The translations under genes and the position numbers were made by a program. A stretch of 64,000 nt of DNA from Candidatus Latescibacterota bacterium (GTDB lineage: Bacteria > Latescibacterota > UBA2968): positions 96,001 to 160,000 of the forward strand of contig OZ242010.1 of NCBI GenBank assembly GCA_965204745.1. Direction: 5' to 3'. Numbering within the stretch: the first letter of the stretch is position 1; the number at the start of each line of letters is the position of its first letter. The notes beneath the pieces are model-generated. The model was not told the DNA's origin. It saw nothing but the letters and a program-made list of their open reading frames with translations, and made no database searches. This document shows positions 17,270-26,905 of this stretch, one piece after another.

Positions 17270-17483
17270 ATGACAGGCAGACAATTCATAACCCGCGTGC
17301 GTGCAATAGGCAAAAGGCGCGGTATCGCTGTTCGCGTGGATGAGAAGCACGGAAAAGGTAGCATGCATGCTATATTACGGCACGCGGGCAACCACAGTAA
17401 AAGATCGCCGCAAGGAACTCGGCCCCGGTCTTTTGTCTGCGATGATTCGCCAATTGGGTCTTAGCCGCAACGATTTTCAGTAA
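17270..17483 (+). pseudogene. hicA: HicA toxin, frameshifted at the GSH motif
   Basis: First frame ...EKHGKGS; second frame MLYYGTRATTVKDRRKELGPGLLSAMIRQLGLSRNDFQ* (typical HicA tail); junction GGTAGCATGCATGCTA near 17357-17372. Confidence 0.75.
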
Positions 17484-17507
17484 GTCCACAAACACGAGGT
17501 GATCGTT

Positions 17508-17822
17508 ATGACGTTTGAATATCCCGCACATTTTCAGCCCGATTGCACGGGCGAGCTCGTCGTTTCGTTCCGCGATCTGCCCGAATGCCTGACTTCGGGT
17601 GCAAATGAGGAAGAGGCGTTTCTCGAAGCCCAAGACGCGCTGAAAGTGGTGCTTGTTGCTCGTCTTGACAATGGCGAGAAAATCCCGTCTCCAAGCCCAC
17701 AACTTCCCGGTGAACATGCGATTCCCACATTCATTGAAAAGCGCGTTGTGGCGAATCAGATGGCGTGTTCGCGGAGTAAGATGGCGGGCGAGGTGCAAAC
17801 TGCGCGCTTGACCAATACGTAG
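17508..17822 (+). CDS. hicB: HicB antitoxin
   Basis: YPAHF...VVSFRDLPECLTSG..EEEA..EAQDAL...GEKIPSPS; SD GAGGTG. Confidence 0.85.
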   Translation: MTFEYPAHFQPDCTGELVVSFRDLPECLTSGANEEEAFLEAQDALKVVLVARLDNGEKIPSPSPQLPGEHAIPTFIEKRVVANQMACSRSKMAGEVQTARLTNT

Positions 17823-17973
17823 ATTAGGAGATGGAAGATGCAGTGGTCAGTGGTCAGTCCCTACCCTTCCACCCCAAGGCAATGGATGTGCTGACCGCTT
17901 GTTTTGCCGACTGATAAAAAACATGGCGTTTGGTGCCGTGCTCGTTCAAAACATTGAAAGGAGGTGAATCGAG

Positions 17974-18189
17974 ATGACAGATGAAAAGTTCATCGACCAT
18001 GAAGCGCGGGAACGGATTTCGAGATTCGAGGGCATCATCGAGGAAATTCGGGCGCGGTTGGCGCGGATTGAGTCTGATCAGCGTGCGATGAATGACCGGC
18101 TTCACCGTCTCGATGTAAAGGTTTCATCGCTGTGGGTTGGGGTTATGATCATCATCGGCCTACTGGTCAAGATCGCATTTTTTAACTGA
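17974..18189 (+). CDS. Small coiled-coil protein with C-terminal TM helix, copy A (71 aa)
   Basis: SD AGGAGGTG; heptad pattern followed by LWVGVMIIIGLLVKIAFFN. Confidence 0.75.
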   Translation: MTDEKFIDHEARERISRFEGIIEEIRARLARIESDQRAMNDRLHRLDVKVSSLWVGVMIIIGLLVKIAFFN

Positions 18190-18250
18190 AAGAGAAGACG
18201 CGGTGTTCGGTGCCGTGCTCGTTCAAAACACTGAAAGGAGGTGAATCGAG

Positions 18251-18436
18251 ATGACAGATGAAAAGTTCATCGATCATGAAGCGCGGGAACGGATTTCGAG
18301 ATTCGAGGGCATCATCGAGGAAATTCGCACGCGACTGACTTCGGTAGAAATCGAACTGCGGAGCCTGAAGCATACGATTTGGGCGGGCATGGTGTTCATC
18401 AGCGGCCCACTGGTCAAGATCGCATTTTTTAACTGA
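18251..18436 (+). CDS. Small coiled-coil protein with C-terminal TM helix, copy B (61 aa)
   Basis: Duplicated leader; first 26 aa and last 8 aa identical to copy A. Confidence 0.75.
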   Translation: MTDEKFIDHEARERISRFEGIIEEIRTRLTSVEIELRSLKHTIWAGMVFISGPLVKIAFFN

Positions 18437-18458
18437 TCCCACTGGAAGGAAATAGGGC

Positions 18459-19304
18459 ATGAAAAACTGGCAACCGACGGATGAGCAAAAACGGGATTGG
18501 CGGGAAAAGGGATTTTTCGTCGAGCGCGGGGTCGTGCCGGAAGGCGTTGCGTTTGACCTGCGCGGGGTAATTAAAAACGAATTGCTCAAACCCGAGCCGA
18601 GTGGTCGTCCCGATATCGACCCGATGGACCCGATGGGCGATACCCCAGAGGCGCGGGCCATGCGATTTCGGAAATTGGGCAATTTCTGTTTGGAATCCCC
18701 CCTGATCTGGCACACCTTCCACACGGGCGAGGAAATGCTGGGCATCGCGCGATATTTTTTAGGCGAGGACGTCATCGTCAAGTTCAACAGCGTGTTTGTC
18801 AAGCCGGCAAAAACCGGTAGCGCGACGCCGTGGCATCAGGACAACGGGCTTTGGCGCGATGGGGAAACCGATCCGTTCAATGCGTGGATGGCACTGGATC
18901 CAGCGACGCGCGAAAACGGGTGTATGCAGTTCGTTCCCGGCAGCCACAAGGGCGCAATCGTCCCGCATGTGATGTACGAAGACAGCATTCACGGCGAGTT
19001 GCCTCGCGACCTCGTCAAAGCGCGGATCGCGCAATGCGGCACAGAACACATCGAACTTGACCCGGGCGACGTCGTGTGTTGGCACAGCAGTTTGTGGCAT
19101 TACAGCCCGCCGAATCCGAGTCCGAACAGCCGCATCGCCATTGCGGCCGTGTGGACAAATCCGACCATCAATGCCGGGCGCGTGCGTCCCATGCATCGCT
19201 GGGGCGTGAAAAACGGGGTGCGCTGCACGGCATTTCCCCCGGAAATCGTCGAAATCGAAAACGGTGAAATGCACCGGCCAAAACCCCATCCCAAAGCCGA
19301 CTAA
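18459..19304 (+). CDS. Phytanoyl-CoA dioxygenase (PhyH) family Fe(II)/2OG oxygenase
   Basis: TPWHQD, NGCMQFVPGSH, HYSPPN...R. Confidence 0.9.
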   Translation: MKNWQPTDEQKRDWREKGFFVERGVVPEGVAFDLRGVIKNELLKPEPSGRPDIDPMDPMGDTPEARAMRFRKLGNFCLESPLIWHTFHTGEEMLGIARYFLGEDVIVKFNSVFVKPAKTGSATPWHQDNGLWRDGETDPFNAWMALDPATRENGCMQFVPGSHKGAIVPHVMYEDSIHGELPRDLVKARIAQCGTEHIELDPGDVVCWHSSLWHYSPPNPSPNSRIAIAAVWTNPTINAGRVRPMHRWGVKNGVRCTAFPPEIVEIENGEMHRPKPHPKAD

Positions 19305-19307
19305 AAA

Positions 19308-21524
19308 ATGAACCAAAAAACGACCATAGCGCGTTCGATGGGCCTGCTCGGCGCGACCGGCGTGGGCATTGGCGCGATTGTCGGCGGCGGCATTCTCGCG
19401 CTTGCGGGCGTGGCATTTGCGACCACGGGGCCGGCCGCACTCGCGGTCTTTGCGGCCAATGGGATGATCGCCGTACTGACCGCGTTGAGTTTTGCCGAAA
19501 TGTCGAGCGCGTTTCCCGAATCCGGCGGCACTTATACGTACGCGAAAAAAGTCTTGTCCGTGCGGTCGGCATTTGCATTTGGGTGGGTGGGCTGGTTCGC
19601 GTCCATTGTCGCAGGCGTGCTCTACGCCCTCGGGTTCGCGTCTTATGCCGCGATTGCACTGCGAGAATGCGCCCATCTCCTTTGGGACACAGCTCCCGAA
19701 TGGCTCGGCGGCAATGCACTGGTAACGGCCTTAGCCGTAGGCGCGACCGCGTGTTACGCGTTCGGCCTGATTCGCAAAACCGCGGGCGGGGGCAACTGGA
19801 TCAATTTTGGGAAAATGGCGGTTTTTGCCGTGCTGATCATCGGGGGCGCGTGGGCACTCGTCGGAAGCAGTTTGGGCGAGATGCACGCGGGCCTGACCCC
19901 GTTTTTTACGCATGGCGCCGCGGGATTTTTTAAGGCGATGGGCTACACGTTCATCGCCTTGCAGGGCTTTGATCTCATCGCCGCGGTCGCTGGCGAGGTT
20001 CGCGCGCCCGAGCGCACATTGCCCCGCGCGATGTTGCTGTCTCTGGCCGCTGCATTGTGCGTTTATTTGCCCCTGCTGTTCGTGATAGCGACCGCGGGCG
20101 TGCCGCCGGGCCAAACCATCGGCGGCTTGAGCGCCGAGCATCCCGAGGTCGTGGTCGCATTGGCCGCGCGCCATTTCTTGGGCGAAACCGGCTTTTGGCT
20201 CGTGCTGATCGCCGCGATCTTGTCCATGCTGTCCGCGTTGCAAGCCAATTTGCTGGCGGCTTCCCGCGTGGCCCTCGCCATGGCGCGAGACCGCACCCTG
20301 CCCGCGCCCATCGGTGAAGTGCATATCCGCTACCGCACGCCCATCACCGCAATAGGCGTCAGCGCGCTGACCATGGTCATTTTGCTGTTGGTCGTACCGG
20401 ATGTGGCCGCGGCGGGCGCGGCAGCGAGTTTGATCTTTCTCATCTCTTTCGCGCTCACGCATTGGACGAGCATTTTAGCCCGCACGCGCAGGCAAACGCC
20501 CGCGCCATTTCAAACGCCGTTTTTCCCGCTCATCCCGGTGGTCGGCGGCGCGTGTTGCGCGGGGCTGGCCCTTTTTCAAGCCGTGTCCGTGCCCACCGCG
20601 GGCCTGATCTCCACGGTGTGGTTGGGCTTGGGCGGGTTGTTGTACTGGGCATTGCTGGCGCGCCGCGCGCGGGTTGTCGACGCGTCTGCCGAGGCACTGG
20701 ATCCGCAGTTGTTGCAAATGCGCGGTCGCAGCCCGCTGGTGCTCGTGCCCGTGGCCAATCCCCAAAATGCCGCTGCGATGGTGGCGGTGGCCCACGCCTT
20801 GGCGCCGCCCGGGGTGGGCCGCGTGTTGTTGCTGTCTGTCGTCGCCGCGCCGGACGACGGATGGCAGGCAGGCGATTCCCCGCGTTCCCTGCGCGATACC
20901 CAAGCCGTGTTGCGCGAAGCCGTGACCGCGTCATTTGCAGCGGGCCTGTCCCCCGAGGCATTGATGACCATCGCGCCGCAGCCCTGGCCCGAGATCGTAC
21001 GCGTGTCCCGGTTGCACCGTTGCGAGAGTTTGTTGCTCGGCTTGAGCGATGTCAACAGCGCGTATTTGGAAGAGCTCATCAGTTCCGTGGCCTGCGACGT
21101 GGTGGTGTTGCACGCGCCCTCGGGCTGGCACGCGGCGGGCGTTCATCGCGTGCTGGTGCCCACGCGCGGCCTGGGCGCGCACGACAAATTTCGCGCGCGA
21201 TTGCTCGGCAGCCTGTGCCGCACGGGCGAGCGCGAGGTCACGTTCTTGCAGGTGTTGCCCGAGCGCGAAAGCGCGTTGCAATGCGAACGCGCCCAGCGCA
21301 GACTGGCGCAATTTGCCGATGAGGAAGTTCCCAACCGCGCATCGGCTTTGGTGGTGCGCCACGACAAACCCATCGAAGAAATCGCCCGCCGCGCCGAGCA
21401 TTTCGATTTGGTGGTTTTAGGCTTGGAGCGCATCGGCAAAAATCGCCGGCGATTCGGTCAACTGGCACCCGTGCTCGCGCAGCGAATCGATTGCGCTACG
21501 GTGATGATCAGCAGGAGAGACTAG
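19308..21524 (+). CDS. APC amino-acid permease with C-terminal universal-stress-like domains
   Basis: GAIVGGGI, PESGGTY, GEVRAPER; cytoplasmic VLVPVANP and VLVPTRG domains. Confidence 0.88.
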   Translation: MNQKTTIARSMGLLGATGVGIGAIVGGGILALAGVAFATTGPAALAVFAANGMIAVLTALSFAEMSSAFPESGGTYTYAKKVLSVRSAFAFGWVGWFASIVAGVLYALGFASYAAIALRECAHLLWDTAPEWLGGNALVTALAVGATACYAFGLIRKTAGGGNWINFGKMAVFAVLIIGGAWALVGSSLGEMHAGLTPFFTHGAAGFFKAMGYTFIALQGFDLIAAVAGEVRAPERTLPRAMLLSLAAALCVYLPLLFVIATAGVPPGQTIGGLSAEHPEVVVALAARHFLGETGFWLVLIAAILSMLSALQANLLAASRVALAMARDRTLPAPIGEVHIRYRTPITAIGVSALTMVILLLVVPDVAAAGAAASLIFLISFALTHWTSILARTRRQTPAPFQTPFFPLIPVVGGACCAGLALFQAVSVPTAGLISTVWLGLGGLLYWALLARRARVVDASAEALDPQLLQMRGRSPLVLVPVANPQNAAAMVAVAHALAPPGVGRVLLLSVVAAPDDGWQAGDSPRSLRDTQAVLREAVTASFAAGLSPEALMTIAPQPWPEIVRVSRLHRCESLLLGLSDVNSAYLEELISSVACDVVVLHAPSGWHAAGVHRVLVPTRGLGAHDKFRARLLGSLCRTGEREVTFLQVLPERESALQCERAQRRLAQFADEEVPNRASALVVRHDKPIEEIARRAEHFDLVVLGLERIGKNRRRFGQLAPVLAQRIDCATVMISRRD

Positions 21525-21899
21525 GTTGTGTTGACATTTGCGAGCCATGCAACGGAATGGGGGCTTATCGAGAAGATCAAGCCCTATCGCAGGATATGCT
21601 CTCGATTTGAGAAACTCGGACAATCGCTCCTTATCGGGACCTACCCCCCTAACCCCCCTTCCTGCGAGGAAGGGGGGAACGGTGAGCGGTTTTGCGAGGG
21701 TATTGATGAGGGATTTTTAGTCGCTTTATGCCCTCGATCAATGCCATCAGAGCAACCAGAGTGAGAAGCCATCAAAGGAGCTTTACTCCCCCTTTCCTCG
21801 TAGGAAAGGGGGCCGGGGGGATAGGTCCCCTCGCGCAACGCCATCAGAGCAATTTGCTAATCTGTGCGGAACGTCAAAAAATAAAATGTCAACACGACC
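21524..21899. mobile_element. IS5-family-derived MITE, copy 2, inserted in the permease stop codon
   Basis: Same IRs as copy 1, TA at 21522-23 and 21900-01; remnant IEKIKPYRRICSRFEKL; different cargo (CCCCCTTCCT...AGGAAGGGGG hairpins). Confidence 0.8.
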
Positions 21900-21914
21900 T
21901 AAAAGGAGAACGTC

Positions 21915-22757
21915 ATGGACGCGAAAAATTGGTTGCAATACTGCGCCACAGAAGCGCAACTCCGGCAGTTCAATGACGAGGGCTATTTGATCGTCGAAGA
22001 TGCGTTGTCGCCCGAGATGCTGGCGCGGTTGAACGAGGCCGTGGATCGGGTGGAGGCCAAAAAGCGCGCCGAGCAAGGGCTGAAGCCGGATGGTCTGTTG
22101 AGCGCGTTTCGCACGGTGGTGGAAGACGATGCGTTTTTGGATCTGCTGGACAATCCCAAGACGTTTCCGCTGTTGTGGGATATTCTGGGCTGGAATATCC
22201 AACTCTACATTTCCCACCTGATCGCGTATCCCCCCGAGCAACGGGTCCGCGCGATTCGCAAGGGCGGCTGGCACCAAGATGGCGGCCGGCCCGTGCCCGA
22301 GATGGAGCGACCCCACCCGCGCTTGTCCCTGAAGATCAGCTACTGGTTGAGCGATGTAGATACGGCCGAACACGGCGCGATGGAGATCGTGCCGCAAAGC
22401 CACAAGTTGGACGCAAAACCCGCGGGGTGCGATTCCGGCGACGGGGTGTTGCCCGTGTGCGTCAAGGCGGGCACCGCGGTGTTGTTCGACCGCCGGATGT
22501 GGCACAGGCGCGGGGTGAACACGTCCGATGTGACGCGCCGCGTGCTGTTTTTTGGGTACAGTTACCGCTGGTTGCGCGGCCTGGATTACAATGTGATGCC
22601 CGCAGAGTTGCTGGACAAATGCGATCCCATCCGGCGGCAGTTGCTCGGCGATGGCGTGGATATCAAAGGCTGGTGGCAACCCACAGAAGCCGACGTGCCG
22701 CTCAAGAGATGGTTGCGCGAACACCGAGGCGAAGAATACCTCGCAACACTGGGGTAG
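21915..22757 (+). CDS. Phytanoyl-CoA dioxygenase (PhyH) family protein
   Basis: GWHQDG, GAMEIVPQSH, FDRRMWHRRGVN...RR. Confidence 0.9.
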   Translation: MDAKNWLQYCATEAQLRQFNDEGYLIVEDALSPEMLARLNEAVDRVEAKKRAEQGLKPDGLLSAFRTVVEDDAFLDLLDNPKTFPLLWDILGWNIQLYISHLIAYPPEQRVRAIRKGGWHQDGGRPVPEMERPHPRLSLKISYWLSDVDTAEHGAMEIVPQSHKLDAKPAGCDSGDGVLPVCVKAGTAVLFDRRMWHRRGVNTSDVTRRVLFFGYSYRWLRGLDYNVMPAELLDKCDPIRRQLLGDGVDIKGWWQPTEADVPLKRWLREHRGEEYLATLG

Positions 22758-22836
22758 TTCTCGCAGGAGGAATTGATCTTCCCGCGCTGGTCGGAACGAC
22801 GAGATGGGAAGGGAATCAAATTGAGGAGCGATAGCG

Positions 22837-23916
22837 ATGTTGAAGCGTCTTGAGATACGAAATTTTCGCGTTTTCAAATCGTTGGAAATCGACCGGTTGA
22901 GTTGCCTGAACCTCATCGCCGGCAGAAACAACGCCGGTAAGACCAGTTTGCTCGAGGCCATTTTTCTGCTGTCTGGCGCGGGGAATGCACAGATGGCGAT
23001 CAATGCCGCTGTGATTCGCGGACTCGACCCCGTCATTCGAGGCGTGTCCGCGGAGGGTGAAATCGCTTGGCAACAGACGGTCGATGAGACCTCTTGGAAG
23101 CAACTGTTCTCGGGGCTGGACATGAGCAAGCCTATCGAGATTGAGGGGTGTCATACATCTCATGGTCGATTGGCCCTTGAAATCACGTCAAAGCGGTCAC
23201 ACATCACTGACCTGCCTCTTGATCGCGCGGGGGGACTTTCGATGACGAATCTCCTCGACGAACGCTCGCTTACCTTTCGATATCGAGGCCCCAAAGACGA
23301 AAAAATTAAAAACCATATCCGCGTGAAGGAACATGGGGTTGAGATCGAGCAATCTACGACACATGTCCCGTTTTCCGCGACGATTCTCTTGTCTCGAGTC
23401 AGAAATATCCAAGAAGATGCCAGGCGCCTGGGGATGTTGAGAAAACAGAAACGCGGCGATATGCTCTTGAAAGCACTTAAGGTCGTCGAGCCGAAGTTGC
23501 AAAGCATCGAGGATAATTCTGCCAGCGGTGTACCGATGATTTGGGGCGATATCGGGTTGTCCGAGTTGGTGCCCCTGCCGGTGATGGGCGAAGGTATGAC
23601 CCAAATGGCCCGGCTCATTTTAGCCATATCCTCTGTGCCGGATGGCGTGGTTTTGATAGATGAAATCGAAAATGGGCTTCACCACTCCGCATTGTCCGAT
23701 GTTTGGCGCGTCATCGATGAAGCGGCCGGGCAATTCCGCACGCAGGTCTTTGCGACCACGCATAGTTTTGAGTGTATAGAAGCGGCGCATCACGCGCTCG
23801 GTCCCGACGGCTTTCTCCTCCACCGGCTCGAAGTTAGCGACTCGGAAAATCGCTGTGTCACCCTTAAGCCGAATGGCCTCCATGCAGCGATCCGACACCA
23901 GCTTGAGATTCGTTAG
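22837..23916 (+). CDS. ABC-type (AAA_15/AAA_21) ATPase
   Basis: LEIRNFR, GRNNAGKTS, GEG signature, VLIDEIENGLH, ATTHS. Confidence 0.88.
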   Translation: MLKRLEIRNFRVFKSLEIDRLSCLNLIAGRNNAGKTSLLEAIFLLSGAGNAQMAINAAVIRGLDPVIRGVSAEGEIAWQQTVDETSWKQLFSGLDMSKPIEIEGCHTSHGRLALEITSKRSHITDLPLDRAGGLSMTNLLDERSLTFRYRGPKDEKIKNHIRVKEHGVEIEQSTTHVPFSATILLSRVRNIQEDARRLGMLRKQKRGDMLLKALKVVEPKLQSIEDNSASGVPMIWGDIGLSELVPLPVMGEGMTQMARLILAISSVPDGVVLIDEIENGLHHSALSDVWRVIDEAAGQFRTQVFATTHSFECIEAAHHALGPDGFLLHRLEVSDSENRCVTLKPNGLHAAIRHQLEIR

Positions 23917-23918
23917 AT

Positions 23919-24515
23919 ATGACGCGACTCAAATCGAAAATTCTTCTCGTTGAGGGCAATGATCCGCGCAATTTCTTTGAGGCATTCCTTCGTCACCTAT
24001 CACTTTCGAATATCCAGATTCAGAACTTTGGCGGCATTACCCAACTGCGCGATTTTCTGGAAGGGCTTGTGGGCGCGACCGGATTTCGTGTCGTTGAGAG
24101 TATCGGCATTGTTCGGGATGCGGAAACATCCGCGGCAGGGGCGTTTCAAAGCGTTCAGTCTTCCCTAAAAAATGCCGCACTGCCCGTGCCGAACAGGCCC
24201 GAAAGACGCACGGATGCCAGCCCAGCGGTGACCGTGCTGATGCTGCCGGGCAATAACCAACAGGGCATGCTCGAGACGTTGCTGTGCGAGAGCTTTGCAG
24301 GTACGCCCGAGAACGATTGTATCGATGCCTTCTTTGCGTGCGTGGACGCTTTGCCGAATGCGTCCATCAAAAGGCCGGAAAAGGCTCGCGCCCATGCCTA
24401 CTTGACGACCAAGTCCGATCCGCATCTTTCCGTAGGCGTCGCGGCAAAGCGGAATTACTGGGATTTGGATCACCCTATTTTTGACCGCGTTCGAGATTTT
24501 CTAAAAACGCTTTGA
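23919..24515 (+). CDS. DUF3226-like TOPRIM-fold protein, partner of the upstream ATPase
   Basis: LLVEGND, IGIVRDAE, GMLETLL; 2 bp from the ATPase stop. Confidence 0.75.
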   Translation: MTRLKSKILLVEGNDPRNFFEAFLRHLSLSNIQIQNFGGITQLRDFLEGLVGATGFRVVESIGIVRDAETSAAGAFQSVQSSLKNAALPVPNRPERRTDASPAVTVLMLPGNNQQGMLETLLCESFAGTPENDCIDAFFACVDALPNASIKRPEKARAHAYLTTKSDPHLSVGVAAKRNYWDLDHPIFDRVRDFLKTL

Positions 24516-24575
24516 AGCATCTCTTTTTTTTCCCTGTGCTGAAAGTCAGCAATTTAACCACGAGGAGGTTTTCCG

Positions 24576-25679
24576 ATGGCTGATTTGATCGTCAGATCCC
24601 AAGCGATAACCGCGCTGCGTTCGCATCCCAATGCCGATAGGTTGGAAATTGCAGAGGTGGGCGGCTGGCAGTGCGTGGTGGTCAAAGACACGTATCGGGA
24701 AGGCGATGTGGTCGTCCATGTGCCTCCCGAGACCCTCGTGCCCAAGGCGTTGGCCGTGCGATTGGGCATCGATGGCTATTTGTCCTTTTCCCACGGCAAG
24801 CCCGATTTTGGTCGCGTGCGTGCGGCGAGGTTGCGCGGCGAAGTCTCGCATGGCTTTGTCTTTGCGGATGATCGATTCACAGTCGCGGACCAAGACGCAG
24901 TCGCCGCGTTTGGATTCCAAAAGTACGAACCGCCGCCCAATTTGTTCGCCGGCAACCGCATGCCCGAATACCCGGGCTTTGACAAATACACGAGCATTGA
25001 AAACATCAAAAATTTTCTCGATGTTTTTCAAGAGGGCGAGGAAGTGGTTTTCACGGAGAAAATCCACGGCACAAACAGCCGCGTCGGGCATATTATGGTG
25101 CGTGACCGGGAACGCGGCGAGTGCGTTCCACACATTGCCGTCGGCACGCACAGAACGCAAATCAGAACCTCGGGCAAAGACGCGGAAGGCACCCTGTATG
25201 CCTATCCACTGACCCTTGAGGGCGTGCGCCGCGCCCTGTGGTTGCCCCCTGCGGAAAAGGGGCATGAGGTGCTGGTCGGCACGAGCCCAAACACGAACCG
25301 CATTTTGTACGGCGAAATTTTTGGCCCGCGCATCAATGACTACCACTACGGTCAAACCTCGCCCGCTTATCGCGCATTCGACCTCAAAGAGGATCAAGCG
25401 TTTTTGGACTACGACGAGTTCGTCGCCCGGTGTGTGACCTTTAACATTGCCGTCGCCCCCGCCTTGTATCGCGGCCCGTTTTCTCTGGACGCAGTGGATG
25501 CGTTCACCAACCACTGGCAAGCCGGCAAATCCCAAGTGGGCACAAACCCCGACCAGTTGCGCGAAGGCATCGTCATTCGCCCGGTCAAAGAAAGAACGCA
25601 TCCCGAAATCGGGCGCGTCATCCTCAAATCCATCGCAGACAGCTACTTGACGCGGGGAAAGGGAACGGAAAATCAGTGA
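24576..25679 (+). CDS. ATP-dependent RNA ligase, DRB0094/Rnl5 family
   Basis: N-terminal HPNADRLEIAEVGGW OB region; TEKIHGTN (motif I), YGEIFG, AFDL, REGIVIRP, ILKSI; SD GAGGAGG. Confidence 0.9.
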   Translation: MADLIVRSQAITALRSHPNADRLEIAEVGGWQCVVVKDTYREGDVVVHVPPETLVPKALAVRLGIDGYLSFSHGKPDFGRVRAARLRGEVSHGFVFADDRFTVADQDAVAAFGFQKYEPPPNLFAGNRMPEYPGFDKYTSIENIKNFLDVFQEGEEVVFTEKIHGTNSRVGHIMVRDRERGECVPHIAVGTHRTQIRTSGKDAEGTLYAYPLTLEGVRRALWLPPAEKGHEVLVGTSPNTNRILYGEIFGPRINDYHYGQTSPAYRAFDLKEDQAFLDYDEFVARCVTFNIAVAPALYRGPFSLDAVDAFTNHWQAGKSQVGTNPDQLREGIVIRPVKERTHPEIGRVILKSIADSYLTRGKGTENQ

Positions 25680-25810
25680 GACACATCAGGCCGAACCCGC
25701 GCTGAAGCAAGCGAGGGCTTACCGGCTGTTTAACCAAGTTGTTTAAGTTGTCCGCATACCGCATCACATTAGGACAATTCAATTTGGATTAGATAAAGGA
25801 TTCCGCACAC

Positions 25811-26905
25811 ATGCTAAAGCGTGTTCACATTGACAACTACAAGTGCCTCACCAACTTTGACCTCTGTTTTGGGGATCTGACGTTGTTGCTCGGGGCAAAC
25901 GGATGCGGCAAGTCGGCCGTGTTTGAAGTCTTGGGCAAACTGCGCGATTTTATTCGGGGCGATGCACGGGTCGGTGAATTGTTTTCCCCTGCTGATTTCA
26001 CGCACTGGAGCAAAAAGCTCGAGCAACGGTTTGAATTGGAGATCGACATCTCGGGGGGGCGATGTCTTTATCGGCTCGTGGTTGAGCACGTCCCGGACAA
26101 GCGACTTATGCGGGTAATGCGCGAAGATTTGCTGTTCAATGGCAAGCCGCTCTTTGCTTTTGAAAACGGCGAGGTGCAACTCTACCGCGATGATCACAGC
26201 GAAGGGCCAAAATATTCTTTTGATTGGACACAATCGGCACTCGCGCCAGTGGTCGACCGTCCCGACAATACCCGGCTGAGTGCATTTAGAAATCGAGTCC
26301 GCCGTTTTGTAACGCTTTTTTTGCAGACGAAACGCATGAGAAGCGGTTCGGATTCCGACACTGATAAACTCAGCGATGGCGGTGAGAATTTTGCGTCGTG
26401 GTATCAGGGACGCTTACAGGAAAATCCACGCCGGGTCTTTGAGGCGATGGACCATCTACGCGATGTTTTGCCCGGCTTCACGGACTTGAGACTCGTAAAA
26501 AAAAGCAGTGATTACAGGGAACTACAGGCCGAGTTTTCCCCAAGGCGTGGGGAATCGGGCACTGTTTATCGGTTTGACCAACTTTCAGATGGTCAGCGCG
26601 CTTTGATCGTGCTTTACTTATTGCTCTTTGCCGATGATGCTGGACGCACTTTGTTTTTGGATGAACCGGATAACTATGTCACTCTTCCAGAGTTGCAACC
26701 CTGGTTCGCCGAGCTAGAGGATGGCTGTGGCGACACGCTACCACAGACCGTGTTGATTTCGCACCATCCAGAAGCGATTGATTTTTTGGAGGACAAGTCG
26801 GTTTGGTTGGAACGCGATCCAGAGCGTCATACGCGCATCATGGCGGTAAAAAACAATACGAGATTAAAAATTTCCGAACTCTATGCCCAAGGACTCGCGC
26901 CATGA
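25811..26905 (+). CDS. ABC-type (AAA_21) ATPase
   Basis: HIDNYK, GANGCGKS, LSDGQ, FLDEPDN, ISHHPE. Confidence 0.88.
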   Translation: MLKRVHIDNYKCLTNFDLCFGDLTLLLGANGCGKSAVFEVLGKLRDFIRGDARVGELFSPADFTHWSKKLEQRFELEIDISGGRCLYRLVVEHVPDKRLMRVMREDLLFNGKPLFAFENGEVQLYRDDHSEGPKYSFDWTQSALAPVVDRPDNTRLSAFRNRVRRFVTLFLQTKRMRSGSDSDTDKLSDGGENFASWYQGRLQENPRRVFEAMDHLRDVLPGFTDLRLVKKSSDYRELQAEFSPRRGESGTVYRFDQLSDGQRALIVLYLLLFADDAGRTLFLDEPDNYVTLPELQPWFAELEDGCGDTLPQTVLISHHPEAIDFLEDKSVWLERDPERHTRIMAVKNNTRLKISELYAQGLAP

